Program-made: the position numbers and the translations under genes
NCBI GenBank assembly: GCA_965116905.1
Contig: OZ220732.1
Coordinates: 96,001 to 160,000, forward strand
Length of the DNA stretch: 64,000 nucleotides
Direction of reading: 5' to 3'
Source of the DNA: Longimicrobiales bacterium
GTDB taxonomy: Bacteria > Gemmatimonadota > Gemmatimonadetes > Longimicrobiales > Gaopeijiaceae
The notes under the pieces: model-generated
Database searches by the model: none
Told to the model about the DNA's origin: nothing
The model's input: the letters and a program-made list of their open reading frames with translations, nothing else
Part shown: positions 48,088 through 57,646 of the stretch, one piece after another
How positions within the stretch are numbered: the stretch's first letter is position 1
Layout: every line of letters begins with the position of its first letter

Positions 48088-49356
48088 CTACGTCGCCGCG
48101 TGCCACCACCTGGACGGCTTCAGACGCCTCCCTCGGCCGCTGGCGCGGTCCAGCCAGAGGGCCAGACGCCTCAGCGGGGTTCCGGCCAGCCACCGCCATA
48201 GCCGGTTGGGCCAACCGCGGAAGTCACGATTGTAGGGACATACGCGCACACAGATCGAGCAGTCCGTGTTCTGGTTGGCCCAGAAGCGGAAGCACTTCTC
48301 GGCGTCGGTCGTCCACTTGCGGATGCCCTGGATGTTGGACCGGTTGTGCACGACCCTGGACGGCTCACCCCCGTCGATCGCCCTGGCCGGACATCCCTCG
48401 GTGCAGGCGCGGCAGATGTCGCATACCTCCCTGACGCCAAAGCGCACGGGCCGGTCGTGGGCGAGCGGCATGTCCGTGAAGACCTTGCCGATGCGGACGC
48501 GCGGTCCGAATTCGCGGGTGATCAGGAGGCCGTGGCGCCCGTATTCCCCCAGTCCCGCCTTGATCGCAAGCGGGATGACCAGCGCCGAGTCGTTCATGCT
48601 GGCCACCGCCCGATACCCCAGGTTGGTGACGTACTGGGCAATGGCCAGAAGCACGATGGTGTCGCGCGAATAGGTGGCGCCGGTCGCCGTGCCGCTCAGC
48701 GCCGATGGCGCGGTTTGCAGGACGTCGAGGTCCATGGACTGCGCAATCACGATGACGTTGCCGAGGTCGGCCGGGACTTCCTGCGGCTTCTCGGCTTCGC
48801 GATCGCGGCTGTACGCGTGCGTGTACATCCACCGTTCGTCGTACCCGGTGATCCCGACCAGATCGGCGCCCAGCATGCGGGCGGCGTGCTTGACCTCTTT
48901 GGCCATCTCCTCCGGTGACTCGACGGGCAGCGCACTGCCGGGGCCGTCGCGCACGACCGTGTACGGGTCCAGGAAGCCCTCGCGCCGGTCGGCATCCCCC
49001 TTGAGCTCGGCGAAGATGTCTGTGACATGCCACGAGGCGTTTCGCAGCGCGTAGTCCCGCTGCGTGAACCCGTCCACGGACCGCCACTTCATCCGCGGGG
49101 TCCGGTAGGTCTCGTAGAACATGTCCGAACGGTCCGTGCGCACCTCGGGGTCCCAGAACGAGCGGCAGAAGATGTCGTCCCGCTGTGAGAAACGGCGAAA
49201 GTCCTCGTCTACCTCGAATCCGGCCTCGCGGTCGGACGCTGCGCTCGCGGCCTCGTTGCGGCCCGCGGCGGCGTTGCGGCCCGCGGCCTCGTTGCAGTGC
49301 GCGGCGGCGCCGCCGTCCGCGGCGGTGTCACGGGTTCCTTCGGATTCCTCGCCCAT
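48088..49356 (-). CDS. Reductive dehalogenase-like (RdhA-type) cobalamin / 2x Fe-S protein, no Tat signal
   Basis: GADLVGIT, PLAIKAGLGEYGRHGLLITREFGPRVRIGKVFTDMPL, CDICRACTEGCP, KCFRFW....DCSICVRVCPYN. Confidence 0.82.
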   Translation of the reverse strand: MGEESEGTRDTAADGGAAAHCNEAAGRNAAAGRNEAASAASDREAGFEVDEDFRRFSQRDDIFCRSFWDPEVRTDRSDMFYETYRTPRMKWRSVDGFTQRDYALRNASWHVTDIFAELKGDADRREGFLDPYTVVRDGPGSALPVESPEEMAKEVKHAARMLGADLVGITGYDERWMYTHAYSRDREAEKPQEVPADLGNVIVIAQSMDLDVLQTAPSALSGTATGATYSRDTIVLLAIAQYVTNLGYRAVASMNDSALVIPLAIKAGLGEYGRHGLLITREFGPRVRIGKVFTDMPLAHDRPVRFGVREVCDICRACTEGCPARAIDGGEPSRVVHNRSNIQGIRKWTTDAEKCFRFWANQNTDCSICVRVCPYNRDFRGWPNRLWRWLAGTPLRRLALWLDRASGRGRRLKPSRWWHAAT

Positions 49357-49390
49357 TCGGCCAATGTACCACCAGCCCCGCCAACATGCT

Positions 49391-51205
49391 TCAATCCACG
49401 GACTCCCGACCCGTCAGCGGGCGCAACTCCTCGCCCGGATTCACGAAACGGTTCAGTTCGATCCGGTACTGGCGGTCGTGCAGTTCCCGGTAGCGCCCGC
49501 CAGCGGCCATGAGCTCGTCATGGCTTCCGCGCTCGACCACCCGACCCTCCTCGATCACCAGAATCTGGTCCGCGCTCCGGATGGTCGACAGGCGGTGCGC
49601 GATGACGAACGTCGTGCGGCCCGAACGCAGCGCCCGCAACCCCTCCTGGATCTGCGCTTCGCTCTCCGAGTCGAGGCTCGACGTCGCCTCGTCCAGTACC
49701 AGAATGCGAGGATCGGCGAGGATCGCGCGGGCGATCGCGAGCCGCTGCCGCTGGCCACCGGAGACCTTTACGCCGCGCTCTCCGATCACGGTGTCGTAGC
49801 CATTCGGGAAGCCCGTGATGAACTCATGACAGTGCGCCAGCTTCGCGGCCTCCACGACCTCTTCCCGGGAAGCGCGCGGGCGGCCGTAGCGGATGTTGTA
49901 CTCGACCGTGTCGTCAAAGAGGAAGTTGTCCTGCAAGACGACGCCCACATGCCGGCGGTACTCGTCGAGCCGGATCTCCGCGAGGTCGCGGCCATCCACC
50001 AGCACGCGGCCCGAATCCGGCGCGTTGAACGACAGCACCAGTCCGGCCAGGGTGCTCTTCCCCGAGCCCGACGACCCCACCAGCGCCGTCGTGGTGCCGG
50101 GCGGCGCATCCAGCGAGACATTCCGGAGGACAGGCACATCGCTGTCGTACGCGAAGGACACGTTCTCGAACGAAATCGACCCCAGGATCAGTCCCAGCGG
50201 CTTCTTGTCCAGGTCCCGGTCGGCCTCGGTGCTCATCGTCCGCAGTTCCCGGATGCGGTCCAGACCCGCGAAGGCTTCGGTGATCTGCGTGCCGATGCTC
50301 GCGATCTGGACGAGCGGCCCCGCCATCATCCCCGTGAGGATCAGGTACATGACGAAGTCGCCGAGAGTCATGGCTTCGGTGACGATCGCCCGGCCCCCGA
50401 CGAGGATCATCACGACGCTGATGAGCCCGATGATCACGGAGGAAAACGACGTGACGGCAGACACGCCGGTCACCGATTTGGCCACGTTGCGCAGGAGCCG
50501 ATGCGCCCCCTTCGCGAAGACCCTGTCCTCCGTCCGCTCCGAGGTGTACGCCTTCACGATGCGTACGCCCGCCAGACTCTCGCCGAGCCGGCCGGTCACC
50601 TCCGCGTTGATCTTGCCCCGCTCCCGGAACAGCGGCCTGAGGCGCCTGAAGGCGATGGCCATGGCGCCGCCGAAGACCAGCAGGATCGACATGGTGAAGA
50701 GGGTGAGGACCCAGTTGACATACAGGAGGATGGCGAAGCACGTCGCCGACATGACCAAACCACCCGTCAGCTGCACCAGCCCCGTGCCCACGAGGTTCCT
50801 GATCCCCTCGGCGTCGGTCATGATCCGCGAAATCAGGACACCGGACTTCGTGGAATCGAAATAGTTGACCGGCAGGCGCGCGACGTGGGCCTGCACCGTC
50901 TTTCGCATTTCCGTAATGGCGCGTTGAGCGGTCACGCCGAGGATCTGGGAAAGCGCGAAGGAGCTTCCCCCCTGCACGAGCGCCGCCGCTCCCACTACAA
51001 GGGCCAGGGGCAACAGCAGATCGGTCCGCCCCTGGCCGACCACGTCGTCGATCAGGAATTTCGACGATGCGGGCGCCACGAGCCCGGCCAGACGGCCGGT
51101 CACCATGACCAACAGGCCCAGGGCGACCCGCCGGCGGTACCGCCAGATGATCGCCCTGGCCTCTCTCCACACCCTCGCCCGCTTCAGCTTCCTCTTCTCC
51201 GTCAC
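49391..51205 (-). CDS. ABC exporter, fused permease/ATPase (MsbA-like)
   Basis: TM domain; GSSGSGKST, VSGGQRQR, LDEATSSLD, IAHRLST. Confidence 0.95.
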   Translation of the reverse strand: MTEKRKLKRARVWREARAIIWRYRRRVALGLLVMVTGRLAGLVAPASSKFLIDDVVGQGRTDLLLPLALVVGAAALVQGGSSFALSQILGVTAQRAITEMRKTVQAHVARLPVNYFDSTKSGVLISRIMTDAEGIRNLVGTGLVQLTGGLVMSATCFAILLYVNWVLTLFTMSILLVFGGAMAIAFRRLRPLFRERGKINAEVTGRLGESLAGVRIVKAYTSERTEDRVFAKGAHRLLRNVAKSVTGVSAVTSFSSVIIGLISVVMILVGGRAIVTEAMTLGDFVMYLILTGMMAGPLVQIASIGTQITEAFAGLDRIRELRTMSTEADRDLDKKPLGLILGSISFENVSFAYDSDVPVLRNVSLDAPPGTTTALVGSSGSGKSTLAGLVLSFNAPDSGRVLVDGRDLAEIRLDEYRRHVGVVLQDNFLFDDTVEYNIRYGRPRASREEVVEAAKLAHCHEFITGFPNGYDTVIGERGVKVSGGQRQRLAIARAILADPRILVLDEATSSLDSESEAQIQEGLRALRSGRTTFVIAHRLSTIRSADQILVIEEGRVVERGSHDELMAAGGRYRELHDRQYRIELNRFVNPGEELRPLTGRESVD

Positions 51206-51260
51206 GACCCTTGCCCTCTGCGTTCGGTGGCACTCCGCACCAAGGGTAGCGCAGGCACGG

Positions 51261-51320
51261 GCCGACCCGCTACGGGCCGGACCGCTACAGGCCGGACCGC
51301 TGCTAGCCGGTCCGCTACAA
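51261..51320. repeat. 15-bp tandem repeat x4 spanning the TPR gene's stop codon
   Basis: GCCGACCCGCTACGG / GCCGGACCGCTACAG / GCCGGACCGCTGCTA / GCCGGTCCGCTACAA. Confidence 0.8.
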
Positions 51321-52187
51321 GCTCCGGCCGTGGGGCCACGGATCGCCGTTCGGCGGATGGCGTCGCTCGCGCATGTATTTCTCGGCCAGCTGACCCGTCA
51401 CAAACGCATCCAGTTCGTGCAGGTCCCTGCCGACACCTTCGAGGGCCACCAGCAGGTTCTTGCGGAACAGCGGGTTCCCACCGTCGAGGGTGACGGCAAG
51501 CGCCAGGGGCCCGATGGCGTCCTCGAAGCGGCCGTGCTCAATCAACAGATAACCCATGTTGTTCAGCGCCCACACGTCCTCGGGGTCGGCCAGCAATGCC
51601 TCTTCGTAGTTGGCGAGCGCGCTCGAGCAGTCACCGCTCTCGGCCTGCGCGCGGGCCAGGGTGCGCCACGCCGCGGACGACCCCGGATCGAGATCGGTCG
51701 CGATGCCGGCGTGCTCCCGCGCTTCGTAGGGACGGCCGATCTCGATGAGCGCCCGCGCGAGGTTGACGCGGCCCTTCGCGTGATCGGGCCTGTGCGCCAC
51801 CCACGCACGCAGGTGGGCCTCGGCGCTCTCCGGATCGCCGCCACGCCACGCCGCGATTCCGAGGGAATAGCGGTCGGTGGGGGCGACAGCATCAGCCTCC
51901 GTGACGGCTTCGATCTCCGTCACGGCCTCGACCTCCGGGACGGTCTCGGCCTCCGGGACCGCCTGGATCTCCGTGACGGCCTCGATCTCCGTGACTGTCT
52001 CGGCCTCCGTGACGGCCCCGATCGTCGTGACTGCCCCGATCTCCGCGATCGCCACCTCGCCCACGGGCAATCCCTCGTCCTCGTCCGTGCACGCCGCGAC
52101 TGCCCCAAAGAACGCGAGCGCCAGCCCCACAGCACTCCAGCGCAGCAACGCCTCCGACCGATCCCGCTCCTTCGTCGTGTACTTCAT
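51315..52187 (-). CDS. TPR-repeat lipoprotein with acidic hexapeptide-repeat linker
   Basis: GGAGGG RBS; VAAC lipobox; TPR motifs AWRTLARAQ, WALNNMGYLL. Confidence 0.85.
   Translation of the reverse strand: MKYTTKERDRSEALLRWSAVGLALAFFGAVAACTDEDEGLPVGEVAIAEIGAVTTIGAVTEAETVTEIEAVTEIQAVPEAETVPEVEAVTEIEAVTEADAVAPTDRYSLGIAAWRGGDPESAEAHLRAWVAHRPDHAKGRVNLARALIEIGRPYEAREHAGIATDLDPGSSAAWRTLARAQAESGDCSSALANYEEALLADPEDVWALNNMGYLLIEHGRFEDAIGPLALAVTLDGGNPLFRKNLLVALEGVGRDLHELDAFVTGQLAEKYMRERRHPPNGDPWPHGRSL
51885..52046. repeat. 18-bp tandem repeat x9 encoding TEIEAV-like units
   Basis: AEIGAV TTIGAV TEAETV TEIEAV TEIQAV PEAETV PEVEAV TEIEAV TEADAV. Confidence 0.85.
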
Positions 52188-52274
52188 CTTCCGGCCCTCC
52201 CGAAGCCTGGCCCCGGCCGGAGTCCGAATCGCTGTCGGCTGCAGCGCGAGGCGGTTGTGTACGGCCCGGGAAGG

Positions 52275-52290
52275 AGCAACGAACAGGCCA
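52275..52290 (-). promoter_or_regulatory. Sigma54 (-24/-12) promoter
   Basis: Minus strand TGGCCTGTTCGTTGCT gives GG-N10-GC with TTGCT, 88 bp upstream of the TPR gene. Confidence 0.7.
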
Positions 52291-52389
52291 ACCGGCTTGC
52301 AGCAGACGCTCCGGGCGCCAAAGCCGTTGCGCGGAAACGACTTGAGCGCGTGGATGGGATCGTTCAGCCGGCCTGCTTCATCCCTAATC

Positions 52390-52405
52390 GTGTCCGGATG
52401 GACAC
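52390..52405. promoter_or_regulatory. Palindrome, putative enhancer-binding-protein site (UAS)
   Basis: GTGTCC-GGAT-GGACAC, 100 bp upstream of the sigma54 motif. Confidence 0.5.
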
Positions 52406-52433
52406 TTGCGCGGACCTGGACGTGGACGTCATA

Positions 52434-53822
52434 TCACGTCGGGCGGCGGACCCCCAGCCGGTTCATGATCTTCAGGAGACTGGAATGATCGGCCAGTCCC
52501 AGCGCTTCCGCGGTCCGCCCGATCTTCCAGTCGTGGGCCTCGAGGGCACGTCGCACGATGGCCTGCTCCGCCTCCCGCTTCTGATCGCGAAAGGTGCCCT
52601 GCCCGCCGATGAGCACGTCGGAGGACACAGGCCGGGTGCCCCCGCCAGGCGCTGCGCCCGGTCCCAGGTCCGGGGGGAGATGATCGACGTCGAGGAGCGG
52701 CCCATCCGACGCGATGATCATCCGCTCGATCGTGTTGCGAAGCTCCCGGACGTTGTTGCGCCTCCAGTCCCGCGCCTGGAGCGCACCGCGTGCCGCATCC
52801 GATACCGGACGGGCCGACCGGCCCAGGCGCGCGGCGAGCGTTGCCGCGAAGTGGTCGGCCAGAAGCCCGATGTCCTCGCCGCGTTCGCGGAGCGCAGGCA
52901 CCCGGACGACGTGCACGTTGAGACGGTAGAACAGGTCCCTCCGGAACGCGCCGGTCTCCACTTCCGCGTCGAGGTCCCGATGGGTCGCGGCCACAACACG
53001 CGTTTCCACCGTGATCGGGTCCTCGCCGCCCAGCCGGGTGATCTCGCCCCCCTCCAGCACGCGCAGGAGCCTTGCCTGCAATGCGCCCGGCAACTCTCCG
53101 ATCTCGTCGAGGAAGAGGGTCCCCGCGGAAGCGCGCTCGAAGGCCCCCCGGCGGGCCTTGACCGCACCCGTGAAGGCGCCCCGGTCGTGGCCGAAGAGGT
53201 CGCTGTCGACCAGCCCCTCCGCCATGCCGCCACAGTTGACCGCGACGAACGCTTCCGCGCGGCGGCGGCTCTGCCGGTGCAGCTCCCTCGCCACCAGCTC
53301 CTTTCCGGTCCCGCTCTCGCCCAGGACCAGCACGGGGCTGGGTATGTCGGCCAGCTTCCCGATGGCCGAACGCAGGTCGATCATGGGCGTGCTCTCGCCG
53401 ATCATCGTCGGCCGCCGGGCACCGCCTTCCACCTCCTCGAGGCGCTCACGGAGATCGGTCTGGCGGAGCGCCAGCCGAACCTCGTGCACCACGCGCTCCA
53501 TGGGCTCGGCCTTGTCCACAAAGCTGAACGCGCCGAGACGTACGGCCTCCACGCACCGGTCGAAGCTGCCGGTGCCGGTGTACACGATCACCGGAACATC
53601 GATTTCCCGGTGCTCCATCGATCTGAGCACGTCGAAGCCATCCAGTCCCGGCATCTCGAGGTCGAGGATCACACAATCCACAGCCTCTTTCGTGAGGATG
53701 TCGAGCCCCTCCGAGCCTCCCGCCGCAACGCGCGTTCTGAAGTCCCCAAGGCGTTTGAGGTCATAGGCGTACTGCGTGGCGAGGGGCTTCACGTCGTCGA
53801 CGATCAATACCAGCGGATTCAT
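52434..53822 (-). CDS. Sigma54-dependent response regulator (NtrC/AtoC family)
   Basis: Receiver IVDD...LDLEMPGLDG; GESGTGKE, GAFTGA, FLDEIGE, FRRDLFYRLNV; C-terminal HTH. Confidence 0.95.
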   Translation of the reverse strand: MNPLVLIVDDVKPLATQYAYDLKRLGDFRTRVAAGGSEGLDILTKEAVDCVILDLEMPGLDGFDVLRSMEHREIDVPVIVYTGTGSFDRCVEAVRLGAFSFVDKAEPMERVVHEVRLALRQTDLRERLEEVEGGARRPTMIGESTPMIDLRSAIGKLADIPSPVLVLGESGTGKELVARELHRQSRRRAEAFVAVNCGGMAEGLVDSDLFGHDRGAFTGAVKARRGAFERASAGTLFLDEIGELPGALQARLLRVLEGGEITRLGGEDPITVETRVVAATHRDLDAEVETGAFRRDLFYRLNVHVVRVPALRERGEDIGLLADHFAATLAARLGRSARPVSDAARGALQARDWRRNNVRELRNTIERMIIASDGPLLDVDHLPPDLGPGAAPGGGTRPVSSDVLIGGQGTFRDQKREAEQAIVRRALEAHDWKIGRTAEALGLADHSSLLKIMNRLGVRRPT

Positions 53823-55543
53823 CGCGCTTCCTCTCCAGCCGCCTTGAGGATCATTTCGATCCGTGTGCCCTTCCCGGTGTCGCTCTCCAGGACGATCCTG
53901 CCACCGACATCCGCCACCAGTCTGCGCGCGATCGCAAGGCCGAGGCCGGTGCCCTCGGAACGGGTCGTGAAGAAGGGTTCGAACACCCGGGCGCGCAACT
54001 CGGTGGGAATGCCGGGGCCATCGTCCTCAACGAAGAGACGGTGCTCCGGCGGCACGGAGTCGGCGACGGCCTCAACCCCGATCCGCACCTCGCCGTTCGT
54101 CTTGCGGGCGGCCGCCACCGCGTTCGCAACCAGGTTCTCGATCACCCTGCGCAGGGAGACGCCGTCCATTTCCACCCACGCGGGCCCGGTTCCAGACCCG
54201 GGCACCAACCTGACCCCGTGCCCCATCCCCGCCCCGGCCTCGACCACCGACTGGGCGACCGCGCGAAGATCGCTGCGCTCCCTCGCCCCGTGGACGGCCA
54301 CGGCCCGGTACTGGTCCGCCAGCTCACCCAGGTAGTCGAGGCTCTCGGTCACGGTGGCCGCTCTCGCTTCGTACGTCTCCGACAGCGCGCCGGCACCGGT
54401 CCGATGCGCCTCGTCGAGGTGCCGCATCACGTTGCGAATCGGGATGAGGCCGTTGCGCACGTCGTGGTTCACCTGCCGCGCCAGCTCTCCCAGCGTGGCC
54501 CGCTTCTCGGCATCGCGCACCCGCGCCACGCCATCGCGAATGCGTCCCAGCATCCCGTTCAGAAACAGCCCCAGGCGATCCAGCTCGCGGGCGCCGCCGC
54601 GCGTGAAGGCGACATCGAGCCGCCCCAGGTGAACGCGGCGCGCCGTGGCCGCCAGCTTCTCCACGGGACTCGACAGACGGCGCGCCATCACCATGCCGAG
54701 GAGCAGCGCGAGCACGGCGGACCCCGCCAGCGCGACCAGGAGGGCTCGGTCCCAGGAGCGCACCATCGCTGCCCGCAACGGGTCCCGCCATGCCACCACC
54801 AGGTCGACGGGCACGATTTCGGTCCCGCCGTCCCAGCCGCTCCACGCAATACGCGCGATACCGCGACGCCCCTGAAACCCGGCGGCCTCCGGTGAGACCG
54901 ACCCGCTCCCGCCAATCCTGCGCGGCGCCCGGTCGGCCCCCGCAGCCGGGACGGCGAGCAGCGACACCTCGCTGTCACCCTGCACGGCCGCGAGGTCGCC
55001 CAGCCCGGCCCCCACGACCGCAACGGCGCCGACCCCGCCCACATCGAGACGGCGCGCCAGAACCACCGCGGCAACGTCGCCCCCCGGAAGCGGCACGCGG
55101 GCCACCACGGGCCCGGCCACCAGGTCCGCCACCCCGTCCGCCAGCCCGGCGAGGGCCGGATCACGCCGACCCGCGTCGCCCGGGAAGTGACTGGCCGCCA
55201 GGATCGTCCCCTCGCTGTCGGTCACATACGTGATCGTGCTTCCGCTCGACCCCGCGAAACGCGCGATCGTCCCCTGCAGCGCGCCCGCCGTTCCCGCCCG
55301 GAGCGCGATTCTTGCCGTGTTGTCCTCGGACAGCAGGCGCTCCAACGCGTCGAGGCGCCCCTCCAGCCGGCTCGTGTCACGCTCCCAGCTCCGCGCAATC
55401 CGGTCGAGGCGCTCCTCCATCCTCCGCTCGTTGGCCTCTGTCAGCCGGTTGGCGCCGACCGACCGCATCAGCAGTCCCATGCACAGCACCGGTATCCAGG
55501 CCGCGATGAGCGCACCGATCACCAGGCGGGCCCGAAAGCTCAC
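53819..55543 (-). CDS. HAMP-domain sensor histidine kinase (NtrY-like)
   Basis: 2 TMs; H-box ARQVNHDVRNGL, NLVANA, DDGPGI, FEPFFTT, GTGLGL. Confidence 0.93.
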   Translation of the reverse strand: MSFRARLVIGALIAAWIPVLCMGLLMRSVGANRLTEANERRMEERLDRIARSWERDTSRLEGRLDALERLLSEDNTARIALRAGTAGALQGTIARFAGSSGSTITYVTDSEGTILAASHFPGDAGRRDPALAGLADGVADLVAGPVVARVPLPGGDVAAVVLARRLDVGGVGAVAVVGAGLGDLAAVQGDSEVSLLAVPAAGADRAPRRIGGSGSVSPEAAGFQGRRGIARIAWSGWDGGTEIVPVDLVVAWRDPLRAAMVRSWDRALLVALAGSAVLALLLGMVMARRLSSPVEKLAATARRVHLGRLDVAFTRGGARELDRLGLFLNGMLGRIRDGVARVRDAEKRATLGELARQVNHDVRNGLIPIRNVMRHLDEAHRTGAGALSETYEARAATVTESLDYLGELADQYRAVAVHGARERSDLRAVAQSVVEAGAGMGHGVRLVPGSGTGPAWVEMDGVSLRRVIENLVANAVAAARKTNGEVRIGVEAVADSVPPEHRLFVEDDGPGIPTELRARVFEPFFTTRSEGTGLGLAIARRLVADVGGRIVLESDTGKGTRIEMILKAAGEEAR

Positions 55544-56655
55544 GGGAGGTCCCTCGGCGCGTCCCCGAGCGCAAACGCTCCGGTCTCACCGACGATGAGC
55601 ACGGTGGGCCCGTTTCCGTCTTCCCCGGCCCCCCACCCGGCCAGCGCCTGCACGGCTTCCGCGTAGAGGGAGCAGGGGTGCACGGGGCCGGCGGACACCC
55701 GCACCACGGCGGCCACGTCTCCGGGCACCCGCCCCGCGCCCGCCGCGTCCGCCGCACGGACCGTCAGTCGGCCCGGCGCGCCGGTGAACTCGGCCAGCAC
55801 CGCGGCCATGGCGCCCCCCCGCAACGCCGTCGAAGCCAGGCGCTCCGCGAGCTGTCGCGCGGGGAGGTCGCCTGCCGGGTAGCTCACCGTCCGGGCCCCT
55901 CCGGCCTCGTCGCGCACCGGTCCGCCGACATCCGGAACAGAAGGATCCGCCGCCGGATCCGCCGCAGCGCCCGGGCGCGATGGCGCGCAGTCGGCAGACA
56001 TCCTGTCCCAGTCGAGCGCCGACGGGCGCCGCGTCCCTACGGGGCCCCATTGCACCCAGTCCGCGCCCACCGCCCAGGCCAGCGCCTCCGAGTTCCCCGG
56101 CCCCGAAGTTCCCGGCACAGCGACGAGATAGGCGCGGTCGAAGGCCACCAGCCGGACCGGGATCCCGACGGACCTCGCGTACTCGATCGAGGCACCGTGC
56201 CGGGTCACGATTCCCGGCTCGCCGCGGTCGATCGCGTCCCGCACGTCATGGTCCTCCACGATGGTCCCCGGCCCCCCCAGTCTCGGGTCTGCGAACAATC
56301 GGGCGATTCCTGGCGCCGGATCCCGGAAGGAAACGCTCACCCGGTCGCCCGACACCACGATGTCCTCCACCCGGTGCCCGATCCAGGGAGGCTGGTCCAG
56401 CGGCGGCCACCGGGCCACCAGGTCCCTGCCCACCAGCCCCTGCGAGGCCGAGTCGAAGTCCAGCGTAACCACGCCTTCCGCGGCGACCCACCCGGCTCGG
56501 CCGGGCCCCGGCTCGCCATCGCAACCCAGGCGCAGCAACGCTTCGGGATATCCGATTCCGCCGTCGCCCGCCTCGCAGCCCGGGTTCGGATCCGCGGGTG
56601 CCGACGCACAGGCGCCCACAAGCGCGCACAGTGCAAGCCGCGTCCAGTTGTTCAT
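55540..56655 (-). CDS. Hypothetical lipoprotein coupled to the two-component system
   Basis: MNNWTRLALCALVGAC lipobox; stop overlaps the kinase start (GTGA). Confidence 0.65.
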   Translation of the reverse strand: MNNWTRLALCALVGACASAPADPNPGCEAGDGGIGYPEALLRLGCDGEPGPGRAGWVAAEGVVTLDFDSASQGLVGRDLVARWPPLDQPPWIGHRVEDIVVSGDRVSVSFRDPAPGIARLFADPRLGGPGTIVEDHDVRDAIDRGEPGIVTRHGASIEYARSVGIPVRLVAFDRAYLVAVPGTSGPGNSEALAWAVGADWVQWGPVGTRRPSALDWDRMSADCAPSRPGAAADPAADPSVPDVGGPVRDEAGGARTVSYPAGDLPARQLAERLASTALRGGAMAAVLAEFTGAPGRLTVRAADAAGAGRVPGDVAAVVRVSAGPVHPCSLYAEAVQALAGWGAGEDGNGPTVLIVGETGAFALGDAPRDLP

Positions 56656-56701
56656 GTCACATACTCTAACGATCCGGACCACGTCGGGTTAGAATCGACA
56701 T

Positions 56702-57619
56702 ATGCACGATTCCGCCGCCCTCTCCAGCCCGGAAATCCCCGGACCCGCGGTCTCCGCCACCTGGCTGGCCGCCCACCGGGAGTCGTCCGGCCTTGTGGTG
56801 CTGGATGGATCATGGTACCTGCCCGGCTCGGGCCGTGATCCCTTGCGCGAGTTCGAGGAGGCGCGCATACCGGGAGCGCGCCATTTCGATATCGACCGCT
56901 GCAGCGACCCCGGGGCGGAGTTGCCGCACACGGTTCCAGCCCCGGCGCTCTTCGCCGAATACGCCGAGGAGGTGGGGGTATCGGACGCGTCCAGCGTGGT
57001 GGTGTATGACGGTTCGGGCGTTAACCTCAGCGCCGCCCGCGTCTGGTGGATGTTCCGCTATTTCGGGTTCGACCGAGTGGCGGTTCTCGATGGCGGACTT
57101 CGCCACTGGATCGCTTCCGGACACCCGGTCGAATCGGGCCCGTCCATACGAACCCTCGAGGCACCGGCGCCCTTCACCGTAACCTCGCGTCCGCACCTCG
57201 TTCGCTCGCTGGACGATGTCGTGAAGGCCATGGGCGCCGCCGACGCCCAGATCGTCGATGTCCGCCCGCCGGGGCGCTTCGCCGGAACCGCACCGGAGCC
57301 GAGAGCGGGCCTGCGTGGCGGCCACATCCCGGGGAGCCGCAACCTCCCCTACACCAGCCTCGTGGACTCCGGCACTGGATTGGCCATCGACGGCAGCGAG
57401 CTTGCGGCCGCGCTGCGCGAGGCCGGCATCGATCCCGCCCGCAACCTGATCGGCACCTGCGGTTCGGGGACGAGCGCGTGCGCCTTCGCCTGGATGATGG
57501 CCCGGTCCGGCCACAAGGACGTGGCGATCTACGACGGATCCTGGTCGGAGTGGGGCGGACGCGACGATGTCCCGGTCGATACCGGCCCGCCCACGCCCAG
57601 GCCACCTGGCGAACGCTGA
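56702..57619 (+). CDS. sseA: 3-mercaptopyruvate/thiosulfate sulfurtransferase (tandem rhodanese)
   Basis: LDGSWYLP, RIPGA, AARVWWMFR, GHIPGS, CGSGTSAC, YDGSWSEW. Confidence 0.92.
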   Translation: MHDSAALSSPEIPGPAVSATWLAAHRESSGLVVLDGSWYLPGSGRDPLREFEEARIPGARHFDIDRCSDPGAELPHTVPAPALFAEYAEEVGVSDASSVVVYDGSGVNLSAARVWWMFRYFGFDRVAVLDGGLRHWIASGHPVESGPSIRTLEAPAPFTVTSRPHLVRSLDDVVKAMGAADAQIVDVRPPGRFAGTAPEPRAGLRGGHIPGSRNLPYTSLVDSGTGLAIDGSELAAALREAGIDPARNLIGTCGSGTSACAFAWMMARSGHKDVAIYDGSWSEWGGRDDVPVDTGPPTPRPPGER

Positions 57620-57646
57620 TTCCCGCGCCCTGCCGGCGCGAGCCTG

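Noticed and set aside
48088..49356. Epoxyqueuosine reductase QueG
   Set aside because: Lacks the QueG CISYxTIE and GCDxCQ motifs; the second cluster motif and N-terminal region look RdhA-like.
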